A stretch of 64,000 nucleotides of DNA from Chrysomallon squamiferum (Eukaryota > Animalia > Mollusca). Positions 59,361-64,000 of this stretch are shown here, piece after piece (the stretch's first letter is position 1; each line of letters begins with the position of its first letter). Both the position numbers and the translations under genes were made by a program. Location: NCBI GenBank assembly GCA_012295275.1, contig CM022667.1, positions 13,888,001-13,952,000 on the forward strand, read 5' to 3'. The notes below the pieces were generated by a model that was not told where the DNA came from, did not search any database, and saw only the letters and a program-made list of their open reading frames with translations.

Positions 59361-60042
59361 AATTTGAGACAGATGACTTTGAAATGAAAGATCCATTTAT
59401 TTAACTGACAAGACAGAAAATGATATGATTATGTTATTTATATCCAATAATTATATTTATGAAAATCATATTAATAACTAATTAACTAAATAAAAAAAAA
59501 AAAAAAAAAAAATAAAATAAAATAAAATAAAATAAAATTTAAAAAAAAAAAAAAATGTACGTAAGAGGATTGTATTTAATCCATCGTTACCTAAATCGGT
59601 TAAATATATACTCTTCGGGATAATTTAAACAATTAGATAATATACATAGGGAGAATTCATAAATAAATAAATAAAAGCTAAAACATTTTATTGGTACCAA
59701 TACAATATTTGAAAGATTTGTATACATTTTGTCAGTGTGTTAGAAGTTAGGAGTGATTTGAAGAAAACGTTTTCGTCAAAGTTAAAAAAAATGGTTGACC
59801 TGGTAGTAAAATATGCAGATTATTACAAAGTTAATTCAGTGCTAGTTTAACGAAATTACCAATATGTTTAGTCAAAACTGATGTTACAGTTCTACATTAT
59901 ATCGTTAAGCAAACTAATATTTTAATCTGACATGTACTGGCGACAAGATGAAAAGTTTTTATCTAAATTACACTAATATTTTGGGGAAAATTACTGAACT
60001 CTCTTTTCGTAGAACATCGGAAGAAAGAAAAATGTTTAGCAA

Positions 60043-60072
60043 GGAAATGACGTAATATAATAACAGACGTCA
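60043..60072 (+). promoter_or_regulatory. ETS/CRE-like cassette, gene L
   Basis: GGAAATGACGTAATATAATAACAGACGTCA. Confidence 0.6.
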
Positions 60073-60599
60073 TTATTTATTCTTTATATTTAAAGCTGGT
60101 GCTGTTTGGTAACATCACTTTTATGTTTTGATTTTCGTAATTATTTTAATTTAACCTATTCTTTCGATTAAGTTTAGGCACACATATCGCCATCAGAGGT
60201 TTTATTGAATATTTTCCTACGATTGTTTCTGTTCTGTAGCTTAGACTCAGTGTCTGTTGTCGGGAGCATGCTTAGACAAGGAGAAGAAAACTTATTAATG
60301 ACCTTTTTCAATACAGTTTCAAAGGAAAAGGTAACACAGAAAACAAACGAATAGCCTCTCTCCCTCGCCGCGGACAAACGAAGTTGAATAAAATAAAATC
60401 TCTGGACAAAGAATTGATCTGAAGTGCCAGGTTATATAATTGTTATTATTATTGTTATTATTACTATATATTTTTTTACTTCTAATTATTTCACGTCATT
60501 TTAAGGATTTTTCTCTTGTCATTTGAAAATTGTTCATATTCAGTAATCTTTATCGAACCCACTGACTCATTACTTTTTGTTTACTAGGTACATGGTAAT

Positions 60600-60739
60600 A
60601 TGAAGATATTGTTAACTCTCTGTATTTTCTCAGGTATAATTTAATTCCTGATTATTTTCAGATCTAGCACACATATGTAACGAAGTATATTTAAGAAAAG
60701 GTTGTTGTATGTATATACATACATACACACATACATATA

Positions 60740-60775
<36 letters not shown>

Positions 60776-61510
60776 GAATGAAAATAACTAAATGAAAAAT
60801 CTGCATTAACCATGGAATTTTATGTTAATATATTCTTATGATAATTTAAATTAAATAGTGTGACATTTAGAAATGTTACAGTTTCATTAACAGTGTATTT
60901 GGTAATTGTAAAAACACAGACACACAGACATATAATGTAATATTCATATAATGACAGTAACATTTTTTTTTTTTAACTGTTCTAATTCTATTCTTTTTCT
61001 CGTGGTCTGCCTCAGTTCTAAAGAAAAGTTTACACAGTCACATTTTACCATTTATTTTATTTTAGTAACAATACATTTGGGTTTTTGTCAATGCAATAAA
61101 GAAATGGTAAAGAAGTGTGGCAGACAATACATAGCTGGCTTCATCAAACACGACACTAGCGAAATCAGAAAAATGCCGGTACGTGTGCAGGAAGATAGGA
61201 TGTCTAAATTAAAACTGTTTCTTCAGTTTATTTATTTATTATTTAATTTATTGGTTTATTTATTTTAAATTCTGCTTTTATGAATATTTTTATTTTTATT
61301 TGGTCGTATTTTATAGTCATTTGTTTATTTATTCAGTAATTAACTGATTTATATTTGTTTACGGATATTACAAACACATTTTATTTTTTAATTTTTCAAA
61401 TCCTTTTTTTTCTTCTTTATCTTGCAGTCACCATTGGGATCTTTCTATTAGAAAAAAAGATCTTTAATTGATGCCATTGCTAGATAATAATAATAATAAT
61501 AATAGTAGTA

Positions 61511-61553
<43 letters not shown>

Positions 61554-61691
61554 AACACTGCAATACTTCAGTTTAGCAGTGACAATGTGGAGCTGTTTTA
61601 TTAAATCACACTGTAAGACATTTCTTGAAGATGTCACTTCAGAAAAGGAGCTGAAATCGATCATGAAAGATTGCGGTAAGTCCGTCTGTGA

Positions 61692-61724
<33 letters not shown>

Positions 61725-61753
61725 CACATACATACATACATACACACACATAC

Positions 61754-61784
<31 letters not shown>

Positions 61785-61967
61785 CATACAATTACATATA
61801 CATATATACATTTACACATATAGGTATACATACATATACACATACACATGTACATATATATATATATAATATATATACTATACATTCACATACACATACA
61901 TACATATATACATATACATAAATATATATATAGTTGTACTTTATTTGTTGTTAAATACTAACGTGTG

Positions 61968-62004
<37 letters not shown>

Positions 62005-62696
62005 GAGTAATAACAACAACAATAATGACAATTATAATAGTAATAATAATAATAATAATAATAGTAGTAGTAGTAGTAGTGTTCATTTATTATAATTTTA
62101 TATATGAGTTCAAATATCGGTCGTCGTTTGATAATGGCTTCAGTTTCTAATGTTTTAGTGGCGTTAGTATCCGTGTTTGTGTTTTATAAACAATCAATTT
62201 CTGATAATATTTCAGGTAACCAAAACCCGTCTGCTGCACATAGCACAGGTAGGTGGTTTTTAAATATTGCTTCTTGTTAGCTGTGCTTGGCAATGCTTAT
62301 CTTTTACTATAATAATTAATGATGATGTCACACGCTCTTCTGATTGTTTGAATCGTGCGTTATAGTCAGCAAAGAACGAAAATAATCACTGGTAAACACA
62401 CTTTAAGTTGAAATACGTTTATACGTCGCCTTTATTGTGCATTTTGTTCGTTATAATATTTACGATGTCTTCTAATTTATATTTCTATAAATCGATTAGA
62501 TTTATCGTCTGAATTCGCACTTAATTAATATTTCTCTGTGTAACATGTTGATTTAAATTTTCCGTACTGCTGAGTTCAAAAACCCACTAAATATTAACTG
62601 ATTTAATTTTTGATTTCAGCTGAGCACCAAGCACGCAGATACCATTTCTTGAAGTGGATTGTAATAATGGTCGCGCATGTTATTTCAGACAGTTAG
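60600..62696 (+). pseudogene. Gene L: family copy with a +1 frameshift in exon 2
   Basis: Exons 60600-60633, 61066-61178 (113 nt instead of 112), 61572-61675, 62216-62248, 62620-62696. The frameshift removes Cys3 and stops early in exon 3. The tail (YHFLKWIVIMVAHVISDS) is also less hydrophobic. Confidence 0.75.
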
Positions 62697-62979
62697 ACAG
62701 ATTCAACACCGAGTCAAAGACTGACATACGTTAAAATAAATTTAAAATAATAATAATAACAATAATAATAATGAGATGATGATGATGATGACGATAGTGA
62801 TGATGAAACAACAATAACAATAATAGCAATAATAATAACAATAATTAATTATTTTCATACGTGTCCCGTTTCAAAATAAAATAATGTGGCTAATTATCAG
62901 TGTTTGTTGAGTCTGTATTTTAACTTGTTTCTTATATATATACATATATTGAAGTATTGCAGTGTTTTATTATTATTAT

Positions 62980-63010
<31 letters not shown>

Positions 63011-64000
63011 TATATATATCAGTTTAGTAATGGTGCAATATGATGACTAAATGAATCTATATTTTTTGGTCACTGGACTATACTTAATATATTTATCTTG
63101 GTCGTTCATAAATAAAATGTTAGACATTTTTAATTTTAAATGAACAGAAAATTCGGATTAAAGAATTATACAACAATTCGTTATAAAGAGTAATGTGAAA
63201 TGTTTTCCTTTCGGTCCAATTTAAGTTAGAAAGAGGATGCAGACCCCTCTCTCTCCTTACATATTTATTTTATTTACTGAAAGCAATAATGGTAAGAATT
63301 TCTTATATTACAATATGCAGTAAAGTTTGGTAAGTTTTATGCTTGATGTTTCTCCAGATTCCTTGTACAATACACTCAACTTTTGATTATTATGCTTCTG
63401 TTACAGGTCTTAAAATTAATTATTCTATATCAAGAACAGTTTGGACAGGTTATAGTAAATTTTCAAGTAGCAATGCTAACGGCCGATAGGCTAATACCCC
63501 AAAAAACATTAGGCAAATTTTGCTATATATTAAAAAGGAAAATAAATCATAATTATATATCAGTTTATTTTTTTTTTTTTTTTAGGGTAATTTCTTATTA
63601 GAAACCTAAATTAAAATTCCGAAAAGAAAATGAAATAGGAAATAGGTAAAAATAATAAATAAATATCGGGGGGGGGGGGAATCGTAAATGTCGATAACAG
63701 TTGATTACGGTGAATAGCTTATTTAAATGGAACATTTAGTGCCCGATCCTTGAAAAATAATCCATCACGAACGACAACTCTACATGTTAGTCAGCAGAAT
63801 GACATCAAAATTATAGAAAAATATTGTGAAGCTACCCGCTGCTCAAAACAGGGTGTAGAAAAAAAAAGAAGAAGAAAAGGTAAATTTTTAAAAAGGCTGT
63901 AGATATAATGTAAATATATATTTAAAAAATCAAGACGAAAGAAACCTTAAAATTTTCAGTTTTATTCAACGTTACAACAGTTATCAAAACTGCTAGGAAA

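Noticed and set aside
62900-64000. Possible further family copy at the right edge
   Set aside because: No family exon or CRE cassette is visible on either strand.

Overview
AT-rich, microsatellite-dense eukaryotic (animal) genomic DNA. The repeat style suggests an invertebrate such as a mollusc/cephalopod or crustacean, but the sequence alone cannot establish this. The ORF track is almost entirely microsatellite noise. Manual splicing shows that the window is a tandem array of one small gene family. Each gene has five coding exons (typically 34/112/107/33-39/77 nt, intron phases 1-2-1-1, GT-AG) and encodes a 117-122 aa protein. The protein has a signal peptide, a six-cysteine domain (C-x7-C-x18-C-x8-C-x5-C-x19-21-C) and a C-terminal GPI-anchor-like signal. 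I reconstruct 10 intact genes: one divergent copy on the minus strand (G0) and nine on plus (A, B, C, D, E, H, I, J, K). There are also two frameshifted copies (F, L), one inverted pseudogene fragment (G) and several orphan exons. The cysteine framework resembles neuritin/CPG15 and the RGM N-terminal helical bundle; this is an inference from recalled sequences and was not searched. Recent duplicates have near-identical introns but many clustered amino-acid changes. Every full plus-strand unit carries a conserved ETS/CRE-like upstream cassette. Tigger/pogo remnants and a hAT MITE are also present.
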